Source: Neodothiora populina
Taxonomy: Eukaryota
NCBI RefSeq assembly: GCF_041146345.1
Contig: NW_027191409.1
Coordinates: forward strand, 1,736,001 to 1,800,000
Direction of reading: 5' to 3'
Length of the DNA: 64,000 nucleotides
Part shown: positions 63,591-64,000 of the stretch, piece after piece
Numbering within the stretch: the first letter of the stretch is position 1
How the letters are laid out: each line of letters opens with the position of its first letter
Notes under the pieces: generated by a model
Database searches by the model: none
Told to the model about the DNA's origin: nothing
Seen by the model: the letters and a program-made list of their open reading frames with translations, nothing else
Made by a program: the position numbers and the translations under genes

Positions 63591-64000
63591 ACGAGGAATG
63601 GACAGTGTTGTACGAAGGGGAGATGGGAAAAATAATGAAACTAGACGAATATGAAAAGCAAGAGAGATGCATTGAGACTCATTTGGACAACTGTCAGTAA
63701 GTGGCAAACTCGTCTATCGTGTTGTCTTTTTGTCGGTTCTCTGTATGCACTTGATAATAATGCACACGAGTCACACGGTCATGCCCGATCTATCTGCCGC
63801 ATGTACGACACGCTTGCATCTTCTTAGATAAGCGAAAGCGTCGTAGAAGTCACGCGAAAGTAGCCGCAGACCACGAAATAGATTCTGTCTGAGATCACTC
63901 AAAGGCAAGCGCGTGGGAAGTATGTTAGATCAAATGTGGCTTGGTGGCCGACGTGGCAGTGCAGGAGGAAAGTGGCTGCATATTGACCAACAATTACTCG

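Overview
Eukaryotic, intron-containing sequence from a filamentous ascomycete (Pezizomycotina-type gene families, short GT-AG introns with CTRAC/CTRAT branch sites). The left part (~1-18.3 kb) is an accessory-type region. It holds remnants of fungal NLR immunity genes (a 5'-truncated HeLo-like protein ending in a HET-s-like two-repeat motif abutting an ankyrin-repeat fragment, plus three decayed PNP_UDP(-NACHT) genes), a large orphan protein with two internal repeat motifs, an intron-containing tRNA-Val(AAC) and a Trp-rich GPI-type protein. A GEN1/Yen1-like nuclease and SLX9 follow. From ~24 to 45 kb lies an apparent catabolic gene cluster: amino-acid permease, SET protein, two complementary half Rieske oxygenase genes (one has only the mononuclear-iron site, the other only the [2Fe-2S] site plus a membrane anchor), RidA, two P450s, a Zn2Cys6 regulator, an SDR and porphobilinogen deaminase, with recurrent CGG-N5-CCG sites in the promoters. 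The right end has an aquaglyceroporin, a second Zn2Cys6 factor, a secreted class II peroxidase and a divergent TauD dioxygenase/MFS pair. The strongest candidate for an undescribed system is the split Rieske oxygenase and its cluster. Family assignments come from motif recognition by eye, not from database searches.
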